Source of the DNA: Candidatus Latescibacterota bacterium
GTDB lineage: Bacteria; Latescibacterota; UBA2968; UBA8231
DNA: 64,000 nt
NCBI GenBank assembly: GCA_965217585.1
Contig: OZ244561.1
Coordinates: forward strand, 6,144,001-6,208,000
Direction of reading: 5' to 3'
Shown here one piece after another: positions 56,759 to 64,000 of the stretch (within the stretch, counting starts at the first letter, position 1; the number at the start of each line of letters is the position of its first letter). The notes beneath the pieces are model-generated. The model did no database searches and was not told the DNA's origin. It saw only the letters and a list, made by a program, of their open reading frames with translations. A program made the position numbers and the translations under genes.

Positions 56759-57423
56759 AGATATGGATTTTTGTAGAAGGGGATTCAGAGGTTAGGGCAC
56801 TGTCAGCATTGTTGAACGGCTGGAAGCAGCAGCTTAGAAAGAAGGGCTGGGGCATTAAGCTAGTAAGTCTCGACGGCAAGTCCAACTATTTCAAGAGAAT
56901 TGGACCCCGTGCAGCCGAGAAGTTGGAGAATGATACGCGCGATCTCGTTGTGGGCTTACCCGATCTCTACCCAAATCGAGATTATGCGAATACGGATTAC
57001 AGACACAACAATCTGCAAGAGCTTCAAGGCGTTCAAAGGCGCTTGGTGGAACAGCAATTGCGGGAGCAGATGGGAAAACGGACTGATATTGCCAGTCACA
57101 TGGCGCGTTTTTATCCCAGCGCGTTGAAACACGATTTGGAAGTGCTAATCCTTGCTGCGACGAGTCAACTTCAGGCCCAACTCAAGATGTCGAACAGGCC
57201 TAGAGGCTGGCGACAACCTCCAGAAGAGCAAAATCAAGACAAACCCCCGAAGAAAGTTGTTGAGGAACTCTTTCGGAAAAATATCAGACATGCCTATAAG
57301 CCAACCACGGATAGCTACGCCATTCTCAGAAATGCAGACTTGCGAGAGGTGGCAGAACAGTGTCCGACATTCCGTGCTATGATCGATTGGATCGGCGAGA
57401 AGACCGGCGTACCTGGGTATTGA
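56755..57423 (+). CDS. DUF4276-like TOPRIM-fold protein
   Basis: IFVEGDSE, DLYP, HDLEVLILA, PEEQN…P, Y.P..D, CPTFR. ATGA overlap with the ATPase gene. Confidence 0.8.
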   Translation: MKIWIFVEGDSEVRALSALLNGWKQQLRKKGWGIKLVSLDGKSNYFKRIGPRAAEKLENDTRDLVVGLPDLYPNRDYANTDYRHNNLQELQGVQRRLVEQQLREQMGKRTDIASHMARFYPSALKHDLEVLILAATSQLQAQLKMSNRPRGWRQPPEEQNQDKPPKKVVEELFRKNIRHAYKPTTDSYAILRNADLREVAEQCPTFRAMIDWIGEKTGVPGY

Positions 57424-57499
57424 ACGTGGAAGCCAAGAAGTGGTAGGGACTAAAACTATCAATGAAAAAGACGACTCGATCTCTGGAATTATTTGGCAT
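57377..57499 (-). pseudogene. Degenerate 5' stump of a NYN (LabA/DUF88) ribonuclease gene
   Basis: GAGG RBS, then MPNNSRDRVVFFIDSFSPYHFL. Three single-base changes restore the NYN motif IDGFNLYH. Homology is lost where it meets the DUF4276 stop. Confidence 0.6.
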
Positions 57500-57511
57500 A
57501 AAACCTCGTAC

Positions 57512-57645
57512 AAAAAACCCCCGCTCCGGCTATGCCGGATGGCGGGGGGGCTAGAGCACCTATGCCCTAGGGGGTATGCTCCACAGAGTACATCCTGCCG
57601 CAAAGGCAGGGACTTGGGGCACCTACGTCCCCAAGGGAGTATGCC
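57512..57645 (-). ncRNA. Candidate structured leader RNA of four consecutive hairpins ending in a U-tract
   Basis: Stems at 57613-57635, 57594-57610, 57554-57581 and 57518-57548 followed by U6. (G/A)GCATA occurs four times. Confidence 0.45.
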
Positions 57646-57663
57646 TGTAATATAGTCAATTAT

Positions 57664-57742
57664 TAATCGTTTGAGGACACGGAAGTAGTCGGTTGGGGAT
57701 TTGTCGTTGGTCCAGCACTTGTAGTTGAGACCCTAGAGCGGC
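57664..57742 (-). repeat. Displaced, decayed copy of the near-3' end of CDS 59012..60235 (direct repeat with 59042-59118)
   Basis: Translates L*GLNYKCWTNDKSPTDYFRVLKRL versus LQGLNFEYWTDDGSA-EYARVLKRL; 56/72 nt over 24 aligned codons. Confidence 0.85.
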
Positions 57743-57857
57743 ATGGATTTTTGTCCTCGTCGGTTGCTTTCCGTGGGGATTTGCGTTTTTAGGAGCCTGC
57801 TTGTGCGTCCGGCGTGGTCTGGCGCGTTTAACCCTTACTTGAGGAGATCATACGATC

Positions 57858-58934
57858 ATGGAGAACTATAACAACGAACGGGAACACGACCTGTGCCTGA
57901 TTTCTTTGGTCGAAGCGCTGGACGAAGCAGCTCGGCTCGACATATTCCGAGATGCCTTTCGCATCAAAGGGGATCTTGGACCATTGAGGTGGTCGGGGCG
58001 CAGAAGAGCCTTCGATGTGGAATTGGAATTCACCAATCTATCTGTTGCGATCGAAACAAAGGTCCACTCGGATGAGAGCGGAAGATGGTGGTCGCCGTGG
58101 CAGACAGAACGCATCGCCGAGCAGCGAAGAGAAGTGGAGGGACCATGTTTCTTCATTACCTACGGAACTTCCGAATTCTACACGAAGCCCTACGAGCCGG
58201 GCCCTGCATCTCCGGAGTTTCAGCATATTCCTCTGGACAGAATGATCCATCTGGTCGAGTCATCTCTGGCGGCTCTTCCGCAGATCGAACAGTGCACCGC
58301 TTCAGTCGAGTGGCTGCGGCTTATGAGGCTCGAAAAGGAGAAGCGCGAGAAAGCTCAGGAACTCCTGCATTCGTTCGCACAGTTCCGTACGCGTTATCTC
58401 GAAGTCCATGGAGAAAACGATTTTCCGAGAGGCCGCATAGCATTTTCCGCTCCCGAGCTAGCTTTTCCCGTCTTTTCGAAACTGGTGGAGCATTGGGACG
58501 AGTCGGAGTATGTCGCTAAATTCGGACGGCTCTCGATCTATCCCATCGCTCGGGGATATTCTCCGGTTGTGGACTCGATACTCAATTTCTGGGAAATATG
58601 GGATGAGGGACCAGCACTGGCCCCGGACATCGTTGGGTCTGAACAATACCTGTACCTCGAAATCAACGAGGACTTTAATCTCAATCTGAAGCTGGACGAG
58701 GGACAAGCTGAGCCGGACGAGGAACAGAAAGAAAGGATCTGGGAACGCCTGTGCGGCGCTAGGTGGCCTTCGGGCGTGAATGCGTGCCGCCGCGACTACC
58801 GACAGAATTCTCGGGTGTTATACGAGGTAGATTTCGGTTTTCTGGCGAACGTAGACTGCCTGTCTAGAGTGGTGAGCAACCTCGGCCGCACGCTTGAAGT
58901 TATCTTTGGCGCGCTGAACAACGACCGTGAATGA
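57858..58934 (+). CDS. Orphan PD-(D/E)XK nuclease-family protein
   Basis: GAGGAG RBS. ERE.D…FDVELEF…VAIETKV.S.E…QTER, i.e. the D-x(n)-E-x-K catalytic pattern. Confidence 0.75.
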   Translation: MENYNNEREHDLCLISLVEALDEAARLDIFRDAFRIKGDLGPLRWSGRRRAFDVELEFTNLSVAIETKVHSDESGRWWSPWQTERIAEQRREVEGPCFFITYGTSEFYTKPYEPGPASPEFQHIPLDRMIHLVESSLAALPQIEQCTASVEWLRLMRLEKEKREKAQELLHSFAQFRTRYLEVHGENDFPRGRIAFSAPELAFPVFSKLVEHWDESEYVAKFGRLSIYPIARGYSPVVDSILNFWEIWDEGPALAPDIVGSEQYLYLEINEDFNLNLKLDEGQAEPDEEQKERIWERLCGARWPSGVNACRRDYRQNSRVLYEVDFGFLANVDCLSRVVSNLGRTLEVIFGALNNDRE

Positions 58935-59011
58935 CCAGCGATGGGTTGAGATCGTCGGACTTGCAACGACCGTCCGCTTTGGTCAACTCGCCCACGACTA
59001 ATGGCAACATT

Positions 59012-60235
59012 CTACCCCTCAATAAACGGCCCTTCTTCCTGTAAGCGCTTGAGGACGCGGGCGTATTCGGCGGAGCCGTCGTCGGTCCAGTACTCGAAGT
59101 TGAGGCCCTGGAGGCGGCCTTCTTCGGTGCCGGTCAGGCCGTTGATGTCAGGGCTGCCCAAGCTGTAGGCTTTGTGGCCGCCGGCAAAGTGCAGCACGCC
59201 GATATAGTCGTACCTAGGCAGATGGGCGCGGGCGGCGGCTTGGGCTAGGGCTTCTTCGTCCACTTCCACGCCTAGCCCCGGGCCTTCGGGCACCGGTGAA
59301 AAGCCCTCGACGACCGGAATTTTTGCGGCGATATCGAACTCGAACTGGTCGTCTATGTTGATGGTATGGGCCGAGGCCGTGGGCAGAACTGCGGCTTGAT
59401 GCAGGGTGAGGGCTTTCATCAGGGTATTGCCGCATTGCTGGATCAGGCACTGGACATTGGCCTTGCCGTAGGCAAAACCCGAGGTCAGGGTGTCGCCAAT
59501 GCGCCCGCCAATCATGTAGATATCGGCGACCCCGCGGATCACTTCTTGGATGCCGCCCAATTGGGGGACGTGCATGACGAGGGGGATTTTGGTTTTCTCG
59601 CGCAGGGTGCGCCAGCCGTCGATATCGCTCCACACTAGCGGGTCTTCGAGAAATCCGACGAGCGGTGATTTTTCCAGTTCGGCGATAATGGGTAGGATTG
59701 TGCCCAGCGTGCGGTTGTGGTTGAGATCCCAGTGCAGCTTGAAGCCGGGTGGTGCCACTTTTTCCGCCGCTCGGGTCTGCTCGATGACGTCGTAGCGGGC
59801 GTTTGAGTGCATTTTGAAGACGCAGTAGCCCTGATCTGCGGCGCGCTGGATCTCGCCGGCGAAAACGTCGGGGGGGCAGGGGCGGGTCCAAGCGGCGCAG
59901 GGGACGGCGTCGCGCACTTTTTGCCCCATTAGTTTGTACGCGGGCACGCCTACATGCTTGCCCATCAAGTCGTAGAGCGCCATGCCTAAGGCCATGTGGA
60001 AATTGTTGAGCAGATAGTCGAAAGGATTGGTGCCGATGAGCGCGTCGATCTCGGCTTGGGGTACGGGCCTGGGGTTATCTTCGTAGTCACCGTAGCCGAC
60101 TAACCCATTGTCGCCGTGAACTTTAACCACTAGATGTTGATCCATATCGTACATGCGCATGCGGCCGGCGTGGTTGTCGTAGCGCTTGGCTAGGGGCATG
60201 GTGATGGGGATTTGCTCGATGTGGGCGATTTTCAT
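59012..60235 (-). CDS. Mandelate racemase/muconate lactonizing enzyme family protein
   Basis: VKVH.DNGLVGYG, MALYDL.GK..GVP.YKL.G.KVRD, FKMH, WDLN, LEDP, PEGPGLGVE.D. Confidence 0.88.
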   Translation of the reverse strand: MKIAHIEQIPITMPLAKRYDNHAGRMRMYDMDQHLVVKVHGDNGLVGYGDYEDNPRPVPQAEIDALIGTNPFDYLLNNFHMALGMALYDLMGKHVGVPAYKLMGQKVRDAVPCAAWTRPCPPDVFAGEIQRAADQGYCVFKMHSNARYDVIEQTRAAEKVAPPGFKLHWDLNHNRTLGTILPIIAELEKSPLVGFLEDPLVWSDIDGWRTLREKTKIPLVMHVPQLGGIQEVIRGVADIYMIGGRIGDTLTSGFAYGKANVQCLIQQCGNTLMKALTLHQAAVLPTASAHTINIDDQFEFDIAAKIPVVEGFSPVPEGPGLGVEVDEEALAQAAARAHLPRYDYIGVLHFAGGHKAYSLGSPDINGLTGTEEGRLQGLNFEYWTDDGSAEYARVLKRLQEEGPFIEG

Positions 60236-60374
60236 GGGAAGCTCCTTATAGGAAAAGCACGGATTGGGTCTCCAATAATTGACTTGGACGGTGGCCTGTC
60301 AAGGCGGTAGCCGCGTATATTAGGGCGACACGGGCCATAGGTGTAATACTGCAATCATCCCGCATTGAGTAACT

Positions 60375-61661
60375 ATGCTCCAACTCGCCACGTTCCAAGC
60401 CGACGTTACGCCGCCGCTGGGCCATCCGCTCTGTGCGGGGTGGTATCCTCCGGCCAAGGGTATCGCCGACCCACTGTCCGCCTTGGGGCTGATTTTAGTG
60501 CCGGACGATCAATTGCCCATCGTCTTGTGCGCCTTGGACTGGGCTGAATTGAGCAACGGCGATTACGACCGCTGGCGCGGGGAACTGGCCCAGGCCGTAG
60601 GTACCGAGGCCGAGCACGTGGCCGTGCACTGTATCCACGCCCACGATACGCCCTGGCCCGACCGCGATGCCCAAGACATTCTCGACGCCCACGGCCGTCC
60701 CAATATCATCATGGCTGGCGATTGGGCTGAAAAGGTGCGGGTCCAAGCGGCGCAAGCAGCGGGCGAGGCCATGACCAAGCTACAGCCTTGCACGGATATT
60801 GCGGTGGGGCAGGCCAGGGTCGAGCGGATCGCCTCCAATCGGCGGGTAATGGGGCCAGACGGCAAGGTGGCCGCGGTGCGCTGGACCCAGTGCACCGATC
60901 CACAAGTGCGGGACGCCCCCGAGGGTATTATCGATCCCATGCTCAAGACGATTGGCTTTTACCAAGGGGAGACGCCCTTGGCGCTGTTGCACTACTATGC
61001 TGTCCATCCCACCAGCGAGGATGGCACCGGGCTGGTGACGCCTGAATTCGTCGGCTTGGCGCGCAACCGTCGCAGGGCGGAAAGCGACGTGCCGCACATA
61101 TACTTCACCGGCTGCGCGGGCAATGTCACCGCGGGCAAGTACAACGACGGTATAGCCGACAACCGGGAATTGTTCACCGAGCGCATCCACCGGGCCATGT
61201 TGGAGGCGGAGCAGGGGAGTACGCGGCAGCCGCTGGAGCGCGTGGGCTGGACGGTCGAGCCAGTGCGGCTGCCGCCGAGGGAGGATCTCGCCGAGGAAAA
61301 TCTGCTGGCGCAAATCGCCTCGGCAGCCACGGGGGCCAAAGTGCACAGCAAAGCCGCCCTCATGCTGACGTATCTGCGCCGCCGCGAGCGGCCCATTCCC
61401 ATCACTTGTTTGCAGCTCAATGACCGGGTGGCGGTGGTCCATTTGCCGGGCGAGATCTTTATCGAATACCAACTGCACGCGCAGGCGAGTCGTCCAGACG
61501 CCTTTGTCGCGGTAGCGGGATACGGGGATTTGGGGACCGGGTATATAACCTTGGCGAGTTCCTTTGCCGAGGGGGGATATGAGCCAGTGGACGCCTTTGT
61601 GTCGGGGCGGTCGGAAAAAATCGTGCGCGCCGCCATCGAGCAAGTCCTGATGCCGGTTTAA
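60375..61661 (+). CDS. Neutral/alkaline ceramidase-like hydrolase
   Basis: ADVTPP.G, HAHDTP, ASNRR, YAVHP, TGCAGN, HLPGEIF..Y, GY…GY…GGYE. Confidence 0.8.
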   Translation: MLQLATFQADVTPPLGHPLCAGWYPPAKGIADPLSALGLILVPDDQLPIVLCALDWAELSNGDYDRWRGELAQAVGTEAEHVAVHCIHAHDTPWPDRDAQDILDAHGRPNIIMAGDWAEKVRVQAAQAAGEAMTKLQPCTDIAVGQARVERIASNRRVMGPDGKVAAVRWTQCTDPQVRDAPEGIIDPMLKTIGFYQGETPLALLHYYAVHPTSEDGTGLVTPEFVGLARNRRRAESDVPHIYFTGCAGNVTAGKYNDGIADNRELFTERIHRAMLEAEQGSTRQPLERVGWTVEPVRLPPREDLAEENLLAQIASAATGAKVHSKAALMLTYLRRRERPIPITCLQLNDRVAVVHLPGEIFIEYQLHAQASRPDAFVAVAGYGDLGTGYITLASSFAEGGYEPVDAFVSGRSEKIVRAAIEQVLMPV

Positions 61662-61732
61662 CCAGCGCACGGCGACGACATGAGGCGGACCCTCATGACA
61701 ACGCAGGCAATTGACGAGAACGGGAGAAAAAG

Positions 61733-63055
61733 ATGATGCACGACTTACTGGCCGGAACCGGCGGTGCCCGGATCACTCCACCGATCGGCTTCCCCATGGG
61801 CGGGTACGGTGCCCGCGACCACGGGGCCGAAGGCGTACACGACCACCTCAACACCCACGCCCTGTTCCTCGACGACGGCGCGACCCAGGCCGTGATCATC
61901 GCCAACGACCTGCTCGGCATGCGGGCGGAGCAGGTCGCTCGCGTGCGCGAGCTGGTGCAGGTGGCGACGGGGGTGCCTGCGGCCCACGTATTCCTCGCCT
62001 TCTCGCATACGCACGGCGGTCCGCTGATGTACTCTGACTTTTCGGCGCTGGGGGAACAGGTCGCCACCTATATCGACGCGGTGAGCCACTACATGGCCGG
62101 CGCGGCCCTGCAGGCGGCCACCTCGGCGATGCCCGTGCGCTGGGGCACGGGGCGTCATCCGCTGCAGGTCGGCGTCAACCGCCGGGAGCGACAGGCAGAT
62201 GGCACGACTCGCATCGGCGTCAACCCCGACGGAGCGGTGGCACCTTGGGTCGATGCGGTGTGGTTCGAGCGCGACGACGGCGGTCCGCTGGCGGTGATCT
62301 ACCAGCACGCGGCCCACGGGACCTGCCTAGTGAACGACAACTACCTGTTCACAGCCGACTGGATCGGCTACGCCATGCAGTTGATCGAGTCCCAACTGCC
62401 GAGTGTGACGGCGCTGTTCGTCAACGGCTGTGCCGGCAACATCAACCCCCATCCGCGCGGCACCTTTGCCCTCGCCGAGCACCACGGTACTAGGGCCGGT
62501 GCCGCAGTGCTGCAGACGGTGTTGGACCGAGCCGACCTGAGACGGGGCGGCCGGCTGCGCTGTGCCCGGCACGCCTTTGAGCTGCCCCTCCAGCCCATGC
62601 CGTCGCAGCAGGAGTGCGAGCGCGAACTGGCGCAGTGGGAACCGGCCTTTCGCAAACTCAAGGGCGAGCACCACCGGAACTGGCATGTCTGCCGCCACTA
62701 CTTTGCTGCAAAGGAGCGGGTCGCGGCGTGCCAAAGCGGCTCGGTGGCCACGGGCCTGCCCCTGGACTTGCAGGTCGTGGCACTGGACGACGTGGCCCTC
62801 ATCGGCCTGCCGGGGGAGATCTTCGTCGAGACGGGGTTGGCCATTGCCGAGGCATCGCCCTTCTCCTTGACCCTGCCCGTGGGGTACGCCAATGGCTCCA
62901 TCGGATACGTGCCGACGAGTGAGGAGGTGCCCTACGGAGGGTACGAGGTCCTCGATGCGCGGGCGTGCCACCAGGGGCGCTTTCTGCGCGACGACGCGGA
63001 TCGGGTCCTGACCGCCGGTGCGTTGCGGGCGCTGGAACTGGCTGCGGCGGAGTAA
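61733..63055 (+). CDS. Neutral/alkaline non-lysosomal ceramidase-like hydrolase
   Basis: ITPP.G.PMGGY.AR…GVHD.L, SHTHGGP, VNRR, HAAH, NGCAGNINP, LPGEIF, GYANG.IGYVP…GGYE. Confidence 0.85.
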   Translation: MMHDLLAGTGGARITPPIGFPMGGYGARDHGAEGVHDHLNTHALFLDDGATQAVIIANDLLGMRAEQVARVRELVQVATGVPAAHVFLAFSHTHGGPLMYSDFSALGEQVATYIDAVSHYMAGAALQAATSAMPVRWGTGRHPLQVGVNRRERQADGTTRIGVNPDGAVAPWVDAVWFERDDGGPLAVIYQHAAHGTCLVNDNYLFTADWIGYAMQLIESQLPSVTALFVNGCAGNINPHPRGTFALAEHHGTRAGAAVLQTVLDRADLRRGGRLRCARHAFELPLQPMPSQQECERELAQWEPAFRKLKGEHHRNWHVCRHYFAAKERVAACQSGSVATGLPLDLQVVALDDVALIGLPGEIFVETGLAIAEASPFSLTLPVGYANGSIGYVPTSEEVPYGGYEVLDARACHQGRFLRDDADRVLTAGALRALELAAAE

Positions 63056-63060
63056 GTTGC

Positions 63061-64000
63061 ATGGATTATCTCGCAGCGCTCCTGGCCGGCGTTGAGGGCC
63101 TGAGACCGCGGCTACCGGCAATCTCGGAGGCCGCCGACCAGGTCGCCGGACGCCTTGCGGCGGACGGACGGCTACTGCTGGCGAGTATGCGGCCGGACTT
63201 TACATCGGAGGGCTTCGTCCGCTCTGGTGGGCTGATGCTGGCCGAGGAGTGGAGGCCCCAGACGAGGCTGTCGCCGAATGACGCGGTGATTCTCGGCTGG
63301 TCGGGTGCCCCGCCGGACCAGGAGTTGGAGTTGTTGCGGGACCTGCGCGCCTCGGGTGCCCTGATCGCCGGCCTCGGGCCGACCTCGTGGGCTGGGGCGG
63401 ATTCGCAATTGGGTGCCGACCTATTCTTGGAGAGTTCGCTCCCGCTGCCTAGGACGGCGACCGCCCCCTTCGGCGGCGAGGACTACCCGCTGATCTCCCT
63501 GCAGAACTTAGTAGTCTTGTGGACCTTCACCGGCGAGATCGTGGCCGCCTTAACCCGGATCGGGCAGATGCCTGCCATGTATCAGAGCGTGCTGGTAGCA
63601 GGAGCGAGGGATCGCAATGCTCAGTTTGCCGGCTCGCGTTTTCACCATACACATCAAGTGCCGGCGATTCCTCTAGGACAGGTTGGCGGGGATTACCTCG
63701 ACGCAATCGGAGAGATTCTGCGCGCTTTGATCGAGGAAGAGGCGGGGGCGATCGAGCGCGTCGGTGCGGTCTGCGCTCAAGTCCTCAACAATGGCCGCAT
63801 CATCCATGCGGGGATGATCTCCCACTTCCCAGTGCATCAGCACGGAGCACCGGGCGATCCGCTGTACATGCGTCGCCTAGGCGCGCTCGATGGGGAGTCT
63901 CCGTCGGTGGCCGAACTCGAGCGCGAGCTGCAGTTAGGGGATCTGTTTTTCTTCCTTGGATACTATCGGCGGCCAACGCAAGCCTACCAGGCCGTGCGCC
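63061..64000 (+). CDS. Hypothetical protein with tandem SIS-like domains (runs off the window)
   Basis: Not in the ORF track. ATG 63061 opens MDYLAALLAG…ISEAADQVAGRLAADGRL…IERVGAVCAQVLNNGRIIH…, with two SIS-like openings and no stop before base 64000. Confidence 0.65.
   Translation, partial: MDYLAALLAGVEGLRPRLPAISEAADQVAGRLAADGRLLLASMRPDFTSEGFVRSGGLMLAEEWRPQTRLSPNDAVILGWSGAPPDQELELLRDLRASGALIAGLGPTSWAGADSQLGADLFLESSLPLPRTATAPFGGEDYPLISLQNLVVLWTFTGEIVAALTRIGQMPAMYQSVLVAGARDRNAQFAGSRFHHTHQVPAIPLGQVGGDYLDAIGEILRALIEEEAGAIERVGAVCAQVLNNGRIIHAGMISHFPVHQHGAPGDPLYMRRLGALDGESPSVAELERELQLGDLFFFLGYYRRPTQAYQAVR

Noticed and set aside
55340-57460. Possible duplication of the xylB 3' end after the ATPase/DUF4276 pair (AGTGGTA(T)GGG)
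   Set aside because: Only about 10 nt match, and that sequence is explained by the NYN stump.

Overview
High-GC bacterial DNA. The gene content (paralogous FlgD-Ig-CTD secreted proteins, DUF6785-type membrane protein, many Gfo/Idh/MocA, PhyH, enolase-superfamily and ceramidase-like enzymes, a cadherin-like/He_PIG acidic surface protein) resembles Ca. Latescibacterota-like, possibly sponge-associated, genomes; this is inference only. Positions 1-13.8 kb hold a cluster of two paralogous Tyr/Trp-rich exported proteins, three paralogous discoidin-like/FlgD-CTD proteins and a PpiC chaperone. Positions 14-45 kb and 50-64 kb are mostly carbohydrate and small-molecule catabolism, including an ATPase-less sugar ABC operon. 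The most striking signal is at 49.4-59.1 kb. Two unrelated stand-alone PD-(D/E)XK-fold nuclease genes each sit between the intact 3' end of a host gene and a displaced, diverged copy of that same 3' end (36 bp at 32/36 identity; 24 codons at 56/72 nt). One is an Rpn/YhgA-like gene with a probable internal antitoxin start, the other an orphan nuclease. No integrase is nearby, which suggests nuclease cassettes that spread by replacing gene ends. The same hotspot carries an ABC-ATPase + DUF4276-like pair and a decayed NYN-ribonuclease stump behind a four-hairpin leader. No rRNA, tRNA or CRISPR array was seen. All family assignments come from motif recognition by eye; no searches were run.
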